This document shows, piece after piece, positions 8,639 through 17,188 of a stretch of DNA of 35,053 nucleotides; position 1 is the stretch's first letter, and the number at the start of each line of letters is the position of its first letter. Below the pieces are notes generated by a model. The model was not told the DNA's origin, searched no databases, and saw nothing but the letters and a program-made list of their open reading frames with translations. The stretch covers positions 1-35,053 of the IMG/VR virus record IMGVR_UViG_3300025018_000075, one strand, 5' to 3'. A program made the translations under genes and the position numbers. The stretch comes from a virus (lineage: Duplodnaviria > Caudoviricetes).

Positions 8639-10486
8639 TTATTGCATCATGTTAGCCATCGGTCCTGGCATCGCTGGCGCTGCTGGAGCTGCTGGAAGTT
8701 CTCCAGCTTGGACCATTTGGCTGTTTTGTTCTTTTAAGTTAGAAGCAGCTTCTAGTTTTAATGGACTAATACCGCTCTTTTCGGCCCATTCGTAGATCAA
8801 TGTCTTTAATACTGGATCTTGGAGTAAACCAGGACTCTTAGCCAAAGTAGTGATCACTGTGAATAAGTTAGAAGTAACCAAAGGCATATCTTCTTGCTCG
8901 TTCTGAGTGTTTATATCAAAGTCAATGTCTGCGTTCTTATAAAAACCTTTCTTGATGATGATAAATCTATTGCCTCCTTTTTTCTTGATCTCAGCTAAAA
9001 CCTTCTGCTTCATTTCTTCTGGCTCGACATATTTACCTGATAGCATTTGCTCGATTCCTCTTGTTTTAACAATATTATCAGCGAAAAGATTATCTAATTT
9101 TGCTAACTCCTCTGGACCTCCGATAAAATGCATAATATGTTCTGGAGTCAGTTCTTTAATGGCTTGAGGGATTACTTCATCATTGAAAAAATCTCTATAC
9201 ATATTGCCGAGATTTTCGCGCTTAAACATGTAAACAGATGACGAGCTTCTTTCCTGAATAATCGCATTAGTAGCAGGAGTAGAGCTAGGCAAAGCTTCTC
9301 CGCGAGTCGCATCATAGGCAAAAGTTAAATCATTAACCTGCTTCGCGTATCTATTCTCCTCAGATTGAAAAGCTGGGAGATTGCGTTCCTCGTTAGCCAG
9401 TGGTGTCAAACCACCTTTAGGGCCAGCGAGAATAACCGCGCCATCGACCAGATCTCTCATGATATTTTTAACGACTGTCTTGTCTTGAGTCTGGAATATA
9501 TGCATCGAGCTGATCTGCATTGATGTTCTCTTTTGGTTGGTCAATTCGTTTACTCTCTCCTGGATTGGAAATAAATCTTCAATAACACCGATTCCTAAAT
9601 AACGACCTGGAGTCTTATCGTAGTGGAAATCCTTAAAAGGCCATTCTCCATACCATTTAGACTTAAACAAAGTAACTCCATTCTCTCCCAGGTAAACACT
9701 ATTCTGTTCTCCGCCAAGCTGAATGCTGTTCTGTCCGCAAACAATAAAGACTGCTCGGACCATTTCTTGGCCTTCTTCGTTGCTAGGGTTATCTGTTAGC
9801 CAAGACTTTGGGACTTCTCCAAATCGCTCTAAAACCTTGATATAAGGGGTAGAAACTACCTGATTCATCATTTCAGAATTGACATAACTATCAGGAGCTT
9901 TATTTGTATAAAACTTAGAGATAGCTTCCTCGACTGCATCCTTATCCCAACCATCGGCTATCTTCTTGCGCATTTGAGAGGGGGTTAGGTTGTGTTCTAT
10001 ATCAACGAATCGGCTATCTTGAATAGTTTCGACTGTCGGATCCATGAAGACATACCTAAGATCCTGGACCTTAGCGCCTCCTTTAGTCTTACGAAGCAAA
10101 ACAGTCCCATAAATAGGAGCCTCAGCTGCTATCTTATTCATGATGTTAGCCACCTTATTGGTTTTCATCCAATACTTTAATTCTTTCTCCAATAGGAAGG
10201 CGGCCATCTCGCTATTAGCATTGTTAGCCAATAAACGGATATCTTTAGTATCGAAATTCAAAAACCGACTCGCGACCTTGCAAGGCGGTTTTACTACATT
10301 GAAAAATATCTTTTTGTTACCAGAAGAATCCACATCTCCGCTTACAAATTTAGAATTGTAATACAGGTGGATTTTCTTAATGGTTTGGTATTGATTAAAA
10401 CTGTAACCATCGACAATGGAAATAAAGTCATCAGTAAAACTTCGGACTTCGTTTCTAATCATCGCGTATATGTTTTGTGGAGTCAT
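8639..10486 (-). CDS. Portal protein
   Basis: 615 aa, follows terL; IFFNVV, GRYLGIGVIEDL..IQ..VNEL, TPAT motifs, Q/P/M-rich tail. Confidence 0.88.
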   Translation of the reverse strand: MTPQNIYAMIRNEVRSFTDDFISIVDGYSFNQYQTIKKIHLYYNSKFVSGDVDSSGNKKIFFNVVKPPCKVASRFLNFDTKDIRLLANNANSEMAAFLLEKELKYWMKTNKVANIMNKIAAEAPIYGTVLLRKTKGGAKVQDLRYVFMDPTVETIQDSRFVDIEHNLTPSQMRKKIADGWDKDAVEEAISKFYTNKAPDSYVNSEMMNQVVSTPYIKVLERFGEVPKSWLTDNPSNEEGQEMVRAVFIVCGQNSIQLGGEQNSVYLGENGVTLFKSKWYGEWPFKDFHYDKTPGRYLGIGVIEDLFPIQERVNELTNQKRTSMQISSMHIFQTQDKTVVKNIMRDLVDGAVILAGPKGGLTPLANEERNLPAFQSEENRYAKQVNDLTFAYDATRGEALPSSTPATNAIIQERSSSSVYMFKRENLGNMYRDFFNDEVIPQAIKELTPEHIMHFIGGPEELAKLDNLFADNIVKTRGIEQMLSGKYVEPEEMKQKVLAEIKKKGGNRFIIIKKGFYKNADIDFDINTQNEQEDMPLVTSNLFTVITTLAKSPGLLQDPVLKTLIYEWAEKSGISPLKLEAASNLKEQNSQMVQAGELPAAPAAPAMPGPMANMMQ

Positions 10487-10487
10487 A

Positions 10488-11894
10488 CTATTCGTTTTGA
10501 TTTATGCTCAAGGCCCTGTGCGTTGCCACTTCATTAATGAAAGTGGGATCTTCGACTAGGATCTTGTTAAGCTCGAACCACATCCGCATCATGAGATTAT
10601 CGGAATAATCTGGAGAGCGGCCTATGAGTTCTTTTATCTTATCTTTTGAAACTACTTTTAATTTGCCATCCTTATCCATGTCCTCGCGCTTAATCTGTTC
10701 AAGCTCCTCGACAATATACTCTCTCACTCCATCCTCTAGACATGCCTCGTTGTTTTCATTGACTGATTGAATGGCCATTTTATGATTATTGACATATTGG
10801 CTCAGTAGATAACAGCACTGGGTTTTTAAGTTCTGATAATTCTCTTTGGCTTCTGGATCGTTACTGATAGCCACTGAGTTGGCTGTGAAGCCATTAACTC
10901 CCTGTAATATATCAACCACTCCGCCACCAATTCCATCTTCATCAACGATTATGTGAGAAAAGGGGACTTTAGTTCTGACCGCCAGATCTCTAATCTCCTT
11001 CGCGGATTCGACTATACTTAGTTTGCGGAAGGTCAGTATCTTAATAACTCTCAAACCTTCCCATAGCATGATAACTGTTTTGTCCGACCCATAGCGCGCA
11101 ATATCCGCTGTGATGAATCTGTCGGCTGATTCTGGGACTGTGTTGGTAAATAGATCCACGATATAGTTATAAACCATTAGAGATGACGGATCAGAGTCAT
11201 ACTCCCAGTTTCCAAACATTAACCTTTCTTTAAGCGCCTTATCAGTAATCGAAGACAGCTGTTTCTTGTAGTCTTCGGAGTTAAATGGATTATCGTTATG
11301 TAAAGCCTGTATAAAAGCATATTCAGACGGCAGTTGGTTTTCTTTCCAAAGCTTGTAGAAAATAACATATAGCCAGTTCTTAGTCGGATTGCAGGTCAAT
11401 AGGATCTTAGGAGTCAGTTTGTATTCGGTGTTCATGTGTCTTCCGACTCTAACCTTTAGAACATCGAAAGCTTTAAACTTGACCTCTCCTGCTTCCTCGA
11501 TCCATCCTCCAGTAAATTCCAGCGATCCAAATCTTTCAAAGTCAGGATCCGAGGGCTGGTAATCGACATCCAGCAAGTCTATTCTCGATCCGTTAGCAAA
11601 CTCAATGAAGTTATATTGTCCATTAAGTTTCCAGTCAGAATCAGGAATCTTATGAAATCTGCAAACCTTTCTCCAAGTAACATAGGTCGAAGCCATCAGG
11701 CGCTTTAATTCCTTTCGGCCCATAAACCATTTAGATCCAGGGTAGAGGTAACATCCAGTCAGTAGCCATTCGCATCCCATCCAAGACTTTCCTCCTCCAG
11801 CTGCTCCACCAAACAAAATATATCTAGTGAAATTATCCAATAGCTTCTGCCATGCTAGATCCTGTTTGATTGTCGGTTCTATGGTCGGTTTCAT
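10488..11894 (-). CDS. terL: Terminase large subunit (PBSX-like)
   Basis: Walker A GGAAGGGKS, IEEAGE, LTCNP, nuclease DIARYGSD..VDEDGIGGGV..RSPDYSD. Confidence 0.96.
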   Translation of the reverse strand: MKPTIEPTIKQDLAWQKLLDNFTRYILFGGAAGGGKSWMGCEWLLTGCYLYPGSKWFMGRKELKRLMASTYVTWRKVCRFHKIPDSDWKLNGQYNFIEFANGSRIDLLDVDYQPSDPDFERFGSLEFTGGWIEEAGEVKFKAFDVLKVRVGRHMNTEYKLTPKILLTCNPTKNWLYVIFYKLWKENQLPSEYAFIQALHNDNPFNSEDYKKQLSSITDKALKERLMFGNWEYDSDPSSLMVYNYIVDLFTNTVPESADRFITADIARYGSDKTVIMLWEGLRVIKILTFRKLSIVESAKEIRDLAVRTKVPFSHIIVDEDGIGGGVVDILQGVNGFTANSVAISNDPEAKENYQNLKTQCCYLLSQYVNNHKMAIQSVNENNEACLEDGVREYIVEELEQIKREDMDKDGKLKVVSKDKIKELIGRSPDYSDNLMMRMWFELNKILVEDPTFINEVATHRALSINQNE

Positions 11895-12324
11895 CTTCGT
11901 TTTTTCTTATAAAATTAAATCCCTCAATTTTATCCCCTTTAGTGGTCATATCGACTTCGCTCTTATCCTTCATGTCAGTAAAATTCTTAGCAACAAATAT
12001 AGCAAAGTTAGATTGATAAAGTCCCATTAATCCGTTCTGGATTAAGAAATCCTTTTGAATCTGTCGGCACTTCTCCATAGTGTCGGAAAACTCAGGATGA
12101 TTTTTCTCCCATTCGTAAAGAGTATCGCGAGAAATTCCTTTAACCTCAGCAAATCTTTCGAAGGTCGGTAATTCGTTAGCCACTCTCTTTTCTTCTTCCT
12201 TGCAATAATCATTCTTCCCAGTAGTAACTACAGTAATAGTAGCAAATCTATCCTTACTAAAAAAATCTCTCAATTCTTCATTCAGTTCTGGTGTGTATAG
12301 AGTTGGTCTTCCTGTCTTCGCCAT
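11833..12324 (-). CDS. terS: Terminase small subunit
   Basis: GRPTLY, HTH GISRDTLYEW..HPEFSD, AIFVAKN; overlaps the terL start by 62 nt. Confidence 0.88.
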   Translation of the reverse strand: MAKTGRPTLYTPELNEELRDFFSKDRFATITVVTTGKNDYCKEEEKRVANELPTFERFAEVKGISRDTLYEWEKNHPEFSDTMEKCRQIQKDFLIQNGLMGLYQSNFAIFVAKNFTDMKDKSEVDMTTKGDKIEGFNFIRKNEDETDHRTDNQTGSSMAEAIG

Positions 12325-12551
12325 GATAATAGAGAAAGGGGGAAAGTTTGACTCGCGACATATAGTCTTTTAGATGCTTTAATCAGCTTCCCCCTTATCT
12401 TGAATAAATTACGCATTTATTATGCTTTTCTTTACTATTGTCTTGCTCATTATTTTTAACTCCGTAGAGTTAGGCAAGACATCCTCAATTAAATCCTAGC
12501 AGAGGACAAGGCCCATAAGCCAAGTAATAATTTGAGCAGACAATAATAAAT

Positions 12552-12667
12552 AAAAGGACCTTAATTCTCCGACCAGTCCTCGATGCGCTGAGGCCACAAG
12601 TCAAAGATTCTTTCGTCTTCAGGGCCTTTTTGCTTAGGGATATGTGTCAGGGAATTAAAGCCCTTTT
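12552..12667 (-). ncRNA. Structured leader RNA of the morphogenesis transcript
   Basis: 22-position stem 12646-12667/12552-12573 with 3 G-U pairs and 1 mismatch when read on the minus strand. Confidence 0.6.
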
Positions 12668-12680
12668 TGTTTCTAATCTT

Positions 12681-12709
12681 AGTATAAAACATTATTTGGT
12701 TTGACACAA
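12681..12709 (-). promoter_or_regulatory. Leftward sigma70-type promoter for the morphogenesis operon
   Basis: TTGTGT-17 nt-TATACT on the minus strand. Confidence 0.6.
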
Positions 12710-12719
12710 TAGTAAAAAC

Positions 12720-12737
12720 TGTGGATAATTATCCACA
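12720..12737. promoter_or_regulatory. Adjacent inverted pair of perfect DnaA boxes
   Basis: TGTGGATAA (12720-12728) immediately followed by TTATCCACA (12729-12737). Confidence 0.85.
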
Positions 12738-12747
12738 AGTTAAGCAC

Positions 12748-12776
12748 TTGACAAACAATCTTACATGCGCTAAGAT
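12748..12776 (+). promoter_or_regulatory. Rightward sigma70 promoter for the replication operon
   Basis: TTGACA-17 nt-TAAGAT. Confidence 0.75.
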
Positions 12777-12784
12777 CCTGGTAT

Positions 12785-12913
12785 ATGAATCATGCAAAAA
12801 AAATCATCAATCTAATTAAAAGTCTATTAAGGAAGATTACTTCTCGAAAGTTTCGAGTCTGGTTTGTGATGATACCAGGTATGGTAGTAGTCTTCCTCAA
12901 TAGATTTTTTTAA
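12785..12913 (+). CDS. Putative leader peptide (42 aa)
   Basis: MNHAKKIINLIKSLLRKITSRKFRVWFVMIPGMVVVFLNRFF*; ATG 9 nt past the -10 box, stop 4 nt before the initiator ATG. Confidence 0.4.
   Translation: MNHAKKIINLIKSLLRKITSRKFRVWFVMIPGMVVVFLNRFF
12818..12909 (+). ncRNA. Structured leader RNA upstream of the replication initiator
   Basis: 24-position stem 12818-12841/12886-12909 (2 G-U, 1 mismatch) enclosing hairpins at 12843-12857 and 12859-12878. Confidence 0.65.
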
Positions 12914-12917
12914 TTAT

Positions 12918-13646
12918 ATGGCAAACGGATGGGTAAAACTTCATAACAAGATAACTAGCTGGGGATGGTATTCTGATGCAAATGTTTTCAGAGTATTCAT
13001 GCATCTTTTATTGACTGCCAACTACCAAGAAAAAGAATGGATGGGCCACAAAATCAAGCCAGGCCAGACAGTGATCGGACTCGTTTCTCTATCAGAAACA
13101 CTAGAGATTTCAATACAATCGCTACGGACAGCGATAAACAAGCTAAAATCAACAAACGAAATAACAGTCCAATCAACAAACAGATTTAGCATTATTACTG
13201 TGTTAAAATGGGAAGATTATCAGTCAGACACTAGAAAATCAACCAGCAAAACAACAAGCCAAGCAACAAACGAACAACAAACGAACAACAAACCACTAAC
13301 AACACCTAAAGAATATAAGAATATAAGAAGTAAAGACATATCTAGCAAACAAAGTTTGCAGGACCAGAAAAATCCTATAAATATCTTAATGGGAATCTTC
13401 TATGAATTTAATCCTACTATCAATTTTGGCAACTTGACCCAGAGGAGCGCAGCAGAAGACTTAATCAAGAAGTTCGGACTAGAGAAACTTACTGGAATGA
13501 TCGAATGGTATAGAACCAGAATGTCAGATCGTTTCTGCCCCACTGCTACTAATCCTCTCGCTTTTAAGAATAAACTAGGAGATATCATCGCCTATGCTGA
13601 TAAACTCAAAGAGGCTAATAAAAAAAGAGAAGTAATAAAAATATGA
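12918..13646 (+). CDS. Phage replication initiator (replisome-organiser/O-like)
   Basis: GWVKLH..WGWY..FMHLLLTAN N-terminus, wHTH, IITVLKWEDYQ, T/N/Q-rich linker containing DNA repeats. Confidence 0.85.
   Translation: MANGWVKLHNKITSWGWYSDANVFRVFMHLLLTANYQEKEWMGHKIKPGQTVIGLVSLSETLEISIQSLRTAINKLKSTNEITVQSTNRFSIITVLKWEDYQSDTRKSTSKTTSQATNEQQTNNKPLTTPKEYKNIRSKDISSKQSLQDQKNPINILMGIFYEFNPTINFGNLTQRSAAEDLIKKFGLEKLTGMIEWYRTRMSDRFCPTATNPLAFKNKLGDIIAYADKLKEANKKREVIKI
13146..13303 (+). repeat. Iteron-like repeats (putative origin) inside the initiator gene
   Basis: CAACAAACGAA twice in tandem plus CAACAAAC at 13264-13293; further AATCAACAAAC copies near 13147 and 13171. Confidence 0.7.
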
Positions 13647-13783
13647 AAAATCATCAAAAAGAGTGCAAACTGTGTGGAAACATAAAAACTCAAAAAGTTT
13701 GCGAACACTGTGGCCACCTCTCATCTTGCTGCGGCGCAGAAATAATTAATTCATTTTGCTCTGATTGCAGAGAACATTGTTAA
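13643..13783 (+). CDS. Small Cys-rich Zn-binding protein (46 aa)
   Basis: MKNHQKECKLCGNIKTQKVCEHCGHLSSCCGAEIINSFCSDCREHC*; ATGA overlap with the initiator. Not in the ORF track. Confidence 0.75.
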   Translation: MKNHQKECKLCGNIKTQKVCEHCGHLSSCCGAEIINSFCSDCREHC

Positions 13784-13787
13784 ATAT

Positions 13788-14243
13788 ATGCAAAACATCA
13801 CAATTTACAAAAAAAAATTCATGCTCAAGACTTTCTCTGGCGGTAAATACATCATCACTGAGGATCAAGAGAAAAACCTCAGAGGACTTCCTGACAAGAT
13901 GATGGTCGATATCAATGGCAACCAGGTAAATACCTCTAGCATCTCAGAAATAGTAGAATTGGGAGAATATTATCGTCAAAACCCAAAAGAGCGACCAGAG
14001 TCCACTCCAGAACACTTCCAGGCCGAAGAAACGACCCCCTACAACCTGTTTAGATATAAAAAGGCTCTAACTAGCATGGTCAAAGGATTTAAACAGCGTG
14101 TGACCTCCCAGGGTCATCCGATCAGTCCAAACCAACAGAAGATCTTAAACAAGATGGAGGAAAAGATGGAGGCCCTGAATAAAACCACTGAAAAGAATTT
14201 CAAGCCTCGCGCTATGGATCTTAATTCAATTTTTAATCGATAA
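13788..14243 (+). CDS. Hypothetical protein
   Basis: 151 aa ORF in the operon; no recognised motif. Confidence 0.8.
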   Translation: MQNITIYKKKFMLKTFSGGKYIITEDQEKNLRGLPDKMMVDINGNQVNTSSISEIVELGEYYRQNPKERPESTPEHFQAEETTPYNLFRYKKALTSMVKGFKQRVTSQGHPISPNQQKILNKMEEKMEALNKTTEKNFKPRAMDLNSIFNR

Positions 14244-14299
14244 ATTTATAAAGTTAAATAAAATCCAGCCATCTTTAAGAGCTGGGGAATGTAAAATGT

Positions 14300-14503
14300 A
14301 TGAAAGAAGTTCAAGTATGTAAAAATTGTTATAATAAAGGTTACTCTACTGAATTACAAGGTGACCAATTTTGTTTAGCAGACTTTATAGGAGATAAGAC
14401 TTATAAATATCGTAGTCTAGGAATAAGAATCAAGTTTTGTAATTGCGGTAGGGGTAAAGATTTACAAACATTCTTTAATGTTAAAAAAGAGTTTAAAAAC
14501 TAA
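14300..14503 (+). CDS. Small Zn-ribbon protein
   Basis: CxxC..KG...CxC..G pattern. Confidence 0.75.
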   Translation: MKEVQVCKNCYNKGYSTELQGDQFCLADFIGDKTYKYRSLGIRIKFCNCGRGKDLQTFFNVKKEFKN

Positions 14504-14543
14504 CACCCCCACTATAAGGTAATACTTAGGGGGATAAATATGT

Positions 14544-14957
14544 ATGAGAGAAATAAAATTTAAATTTGTTATAGATAATAAACTTTTAACAAAAGAGTAT
14601 TCTTTAGATGAGTTATTAGAAAAATCAGAAGAGGATGTTTTTGATGACCTAGAAGATAAGTATAGTGATTGTAATTGTCTGAACGAGAGTTGTAATCATT
14701 GCGAATGTCAACCAATATTTGAAGATAGTAAAATAACAGGCAAAGTTCAATTCACAGGACTTAAAGATAAGAACGGTAAGGATATTTATGAGGGGGATAT
14801 TTGCAGGGGCGGTGGCATTTTTGGAGTTATAACTTGGACAAATTATTATTGGGATATTAGAAGACACAATGGTTCAGTTGGCACGTTAGGAATAGCTAGT
14901 GATTTAGAAGTAATCGGCAACATCTACAAAAACCCTAATTTAATTAACCCAGTATAA
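14544..14957 (+). CDS. yopX: YopX family protein
   Basis: MREIKF, QFTGLKDKNGKDIYEGDI, EVIGNIYKNPNL. Confidence 0.92.
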   Translation: MREIKFKFVIDNKLLTKEYSLDELLEKSEEDVFDDLEDKYSDCNCLNESCNHCECQPIFEDSKITGKVQFTGLKDKNGKDIYEGDICRGGGIFGVITWTNYYWDIRRHNGSVGTLGIASDLEVIGNIYKNPNLINPV

Positions 14958-14967
14958 TACTGGAGAA

Positions 14968-15162
14968 ATGTATATGAAAAAATTATTAAGAAATATTGAG
15001 TTTGGATATTTTAACCACCCAGAAGACTATCGTTCATATTTTATTAAAATATTTGGCTTAACTATTTATAAAACTAAAGTTTATCCTTATGATTTATTAC
15101 TAAGCGTTCCGTTAAGAGTTAGATTTTTTAATAAGATTTTTAAATATTTAATGTCTAAATAA
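14968..15162 (+). CDS. Hypothetical protein
   Basis: 64 aa AT-rich ORF in operon packing. Confidence 0.6.
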   Translation: MYMKKLLRNIEFGYFNHPEDYRSYFIKIFGLTIYKTKVYPYDLLLSVPLRVRFFNKIFKYLMSK

Positions 15163-15163
15163 T

Positions 15164-15586
15164 ATGCCCTTATCTAACAAGAAGCCACAATTATCTAACT
15201 GCTGTAAGGCAGAAATAAAAGTAATAACTGATACTGACTTAGGGAGAGCTGGAACTTCTTATTACGAGTGTCAATCTTGTAGTAAACCTTGCGACCCAGT
15301 TCAGGAAGACAAGCCACAATGGGAGGAGAAACTACAAGAACTATCTTGTAAATATGCTAATGATTTAGCAGAGTTTCATAGAGAAAATACTGTTAGCCTT
15401 AAAACTGAAATTATAGAAAGAGAACTTAATCAATTCATCTCCGATTTAAGACAAGCTGATAAGGAGGAGATGATTAAGATGATAAAAAATAAAGGATTAA
15501 TACATATCGGAGCAACTGGTTATATTAAAGTTTCAGTCGAAGATATAATTAATATTTTAGAAAGTTATTATAATAAATATGTCTAG
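15164..15586 (+). CDS. Hypothetical protein with N-terminal Zn ribbon
   Basis: LSNCCKAEI...YECQSCSKPCD. Confidence 0.75.
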   Translation: MPLSNKKPQLSNCCKAEIKVITDTDLGRAGTSYYECQSCSKPCDPVQEDKPQWEEKLQELSCKYANDLAEFHRENTVSLKTEIIERELNQFISDLRQADKEEMIKMIKNKGLIHIGATGYIKVSVEDIINILESYYNKYV

Positions 15587-15899
15587 ATCAAACTTAAAAA
15601 TGAAAGTGATCCACTGTCTAGAGAAGCATCCTAAAACCAGAAACTCTGACATGCTTTTAACTCGCGCTGTTTGGCACGAATTCCACAACAGCAAGGGGTT
15701 TATGCATAACGGAAGGATGGCCCACTATGACGATGACCTCATGGACCTCCCAAGAGAGGATGAAGTTTCCAGGATCAGAAGAAAAGTAACCGAAAATGGG
15801 GAATATCTCCCAACCGATCCAGAGGTATACAAACAAAGAAAAATTAATGAGATTAACTGGCGCGAAGATATGTCCCCCAGTAATCCAGCAAGAGGATAA
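15579..15899 (+). CDS. Hypothetical phage protein
   Basis: 106 aa; L..HPKTRNSD..L and SRIRRK..G.YLPTD pattern. Confidence 0.8.
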   Translation: MSRSNLKMKVIHCLEKHPKTRNSDMLLTRAVWHEFHNSKGFMHNGRMAHYDDDLMDLPREDEVSRIRRKVTENGEYLPTDPEVYKQRKINEINWREDMSPSNPARG

Positions 15900-15900
15900 T

Positions 15901-16080
15901 ATGTCTGACACAATCTATAAATTTATTTGCATATCATGCAGTAAAAAAAGACAGTCCAAAGATCATTCTGTGATTATGTGCCGAAAATGTAGGGCCTGGA
16001 ATAAACCAGGAAAAGGCCAAACAAGTATGATTGATTTGTTATCCCCAGATGACACAAGTTATCCACAGACCACAACTTGA
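15901..16080 (+). CDS. Small Zn-ribbon protein (59 aa; likely start MSDTIY)
   Basis: CISC..CRKC; its 3' end overlaps the DnaA boxes and -35 of the next promoter. Confidence 0.65.
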   Translation: MSDTIYKFICISCSKKRQSKDHSVIMCRKCRAWNKPGKGQTSMIDLLSPDDTSYPQTTT

Positions 16081-16104
16081 CAAACATTTTCAAAGTGCTA
16101 TAAT
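16039..16104 (+). promoter_or_regulatory. DnaA boxes plus sigma70 promoter
   Basis: TTATCCCCA 16039-16047, TTATCCACA 16059-16067, TTGACA 16077-16082, 16 nt spacer, TG-c-TATAAT 16099-16104. Confidence 0.85.
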
Positions 16105-16109
16105 TTCAA

Positions 16110-16194
16110 TATCATCACTAGGCGCGGAGCGGTAATTACGCATGATGGAGCGGCCATCAAGCAAGATGTTACTTCCTCCGCCTCTGGTATGATA
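16110..16194 (+). ncRNA. Structured leader RNA
   Basis: TATCAT..AGGCG.GGAG pairs with CTTCC..CGCCT..ATGATA; internal TGATGG/CCATCA hairpin. Confidence 0.5.
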
Positions 16195-16217
16195 ATAATA
16201 AATTAAATCATCACAAT

Positions 16218-16364
16218 ATGTCATTATTACCAAAAGAACTCGAAGATATGTTATCTCGACAATGCCCTAAATGTCATCAAGTAAAGCAAGATGCAGAAGA
16301 CAAAGAAAACATCGATGCTTACGGAGAATGCATGATGTGCGAGAAACTTAGATTCGACAATTAA
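16218..16364 (+). CDS. Small Zn-ribbon protein (48 aa)
   Basis: MSLLPKELEDMLSRQCPKCHQ...ECMMCEKLRFDN*. Not in the ORF track. Confidence 0.7.
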   Translation: MSLLPKELEDMLSRQCPKCHQVKQDAEDKENIDAYGECMMCEKLRFDN

Positions 16365-16368
16365 AATT

Positions 16369-16608
16369 ATGAAAGCAAAATCTCTAGTAGAAAAAGCTAA
16401 ACTGATTGAATCTAAAAGACAACCTAAAGTTAAAATTGATCAAGACCGCATGGAATTAGCACTGGCCTGGTTATCTGGAGAAGTTTCAACTAAGCAAGCA
16501 AACGATGTTCTCGGATATGCCAGATTAAGCGCCAATGTTCTATACACTATCGCCTCTAATTTGAAAAAAGCCTACCAAGAAGGACTATTAAAAATAATTA
16601 AAAAATAA
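16369..16608 (+). CDS. Hypothetical protein, possibly HTH DNA-binding
   Basis: ELALAWLSGEVSTKQANDVLG helical pattern. Confidence 0.7.
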   Translation: MKAKSLVEKAKLIESKRQPKVKIDQDRMELALAWLSGEVSTKQANDVLGYARLSANVLYTIASNLKKAYQEGLLKIIKK

Positions 16609-16621
16609 ACAATAAAACTTT

Positions 16622-17188
16622 ATGTCATTCATGCCTAAAGGTTACGAGATGCCTAAATCAAATTCTCACTATCTAAAATTACAAGACGGAGATAATCTTG
16701 TTCGTATTCTCGCCAAACCTATCATGGGCTGGTTAGACTGGAGCGAAGACGGAGATGGTAAAAGATCCCCAGTCAGAACACCTTTTACTGATCAGAAACC
16801 AGCTCCAATTAAAGCTGATAAACCAGTGAAACACTTCTGGGCCTTCCCTGTTTGGGACTATAAAGATAAGGCAGTTAAAATCTGGGAGATCACTCAAGCA
16901 TCTATTCAAGAAGTTATCTATAATCTTGACTCCGATGAATCGTGGGGAGATCCGACTGGTTATGATTTGAAAATAAATCGCACTGGAGAGAAGCTAGAAA
17001 CTAAATACTCAGTTATCGCTAGGCCTCCTAAACCCTTAGCAAAAGAAATAATCGCAGAATTCAAGGAAGTAAATCCTGATCTTAACGAATTATTCTCAAA
17101 CGGAGATCCATTCGCTAAACAGGCCGACCAAGAACCACAAGAACCAGGAGAAGATGAGGAGATAAATGTAGCAAATATTCCCTTCTAA
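16622..17188 (+). CDS. Single-stranded DNA-binding protein (phage type)
   Basis: YLKLQDG.N.VRIL, HFWAFPVWD, WGDPTGYDLKI.R.G..L.TKY, acidic tail ending IPF. Confidence 0.75.
   Translation: MSFMPKGYEMPKSNSHYLKLQDGDNLVRILAKPIMGWLDWSEDGDGKRSPVRTPFTDQKPAPIKADKPVKHFWAFPVWDYKDKAVKIWEITQASIQEVIYNLDSDESWGDPTGYDLKINRTGEKLETKYSVIARPPKPLAKEIIAEFKEVNPDLNELFSNGDPFAKQADQEPQEPGEDEEINVANIPF

Noticed and set aside
12591-12627. Hammerhead ribozyme (CTGAAGA-C-GAAA between GGCC arms, minus strand)
   Set aside because: No stem II, no convincing stem III and no UH cleavage site in register.
12701-12729. Second rightward promoter TTGACA-17-GATAAT
   Set aside because: The -10 lacks the first T and is explained by the DnaA box; possible but unsupported.
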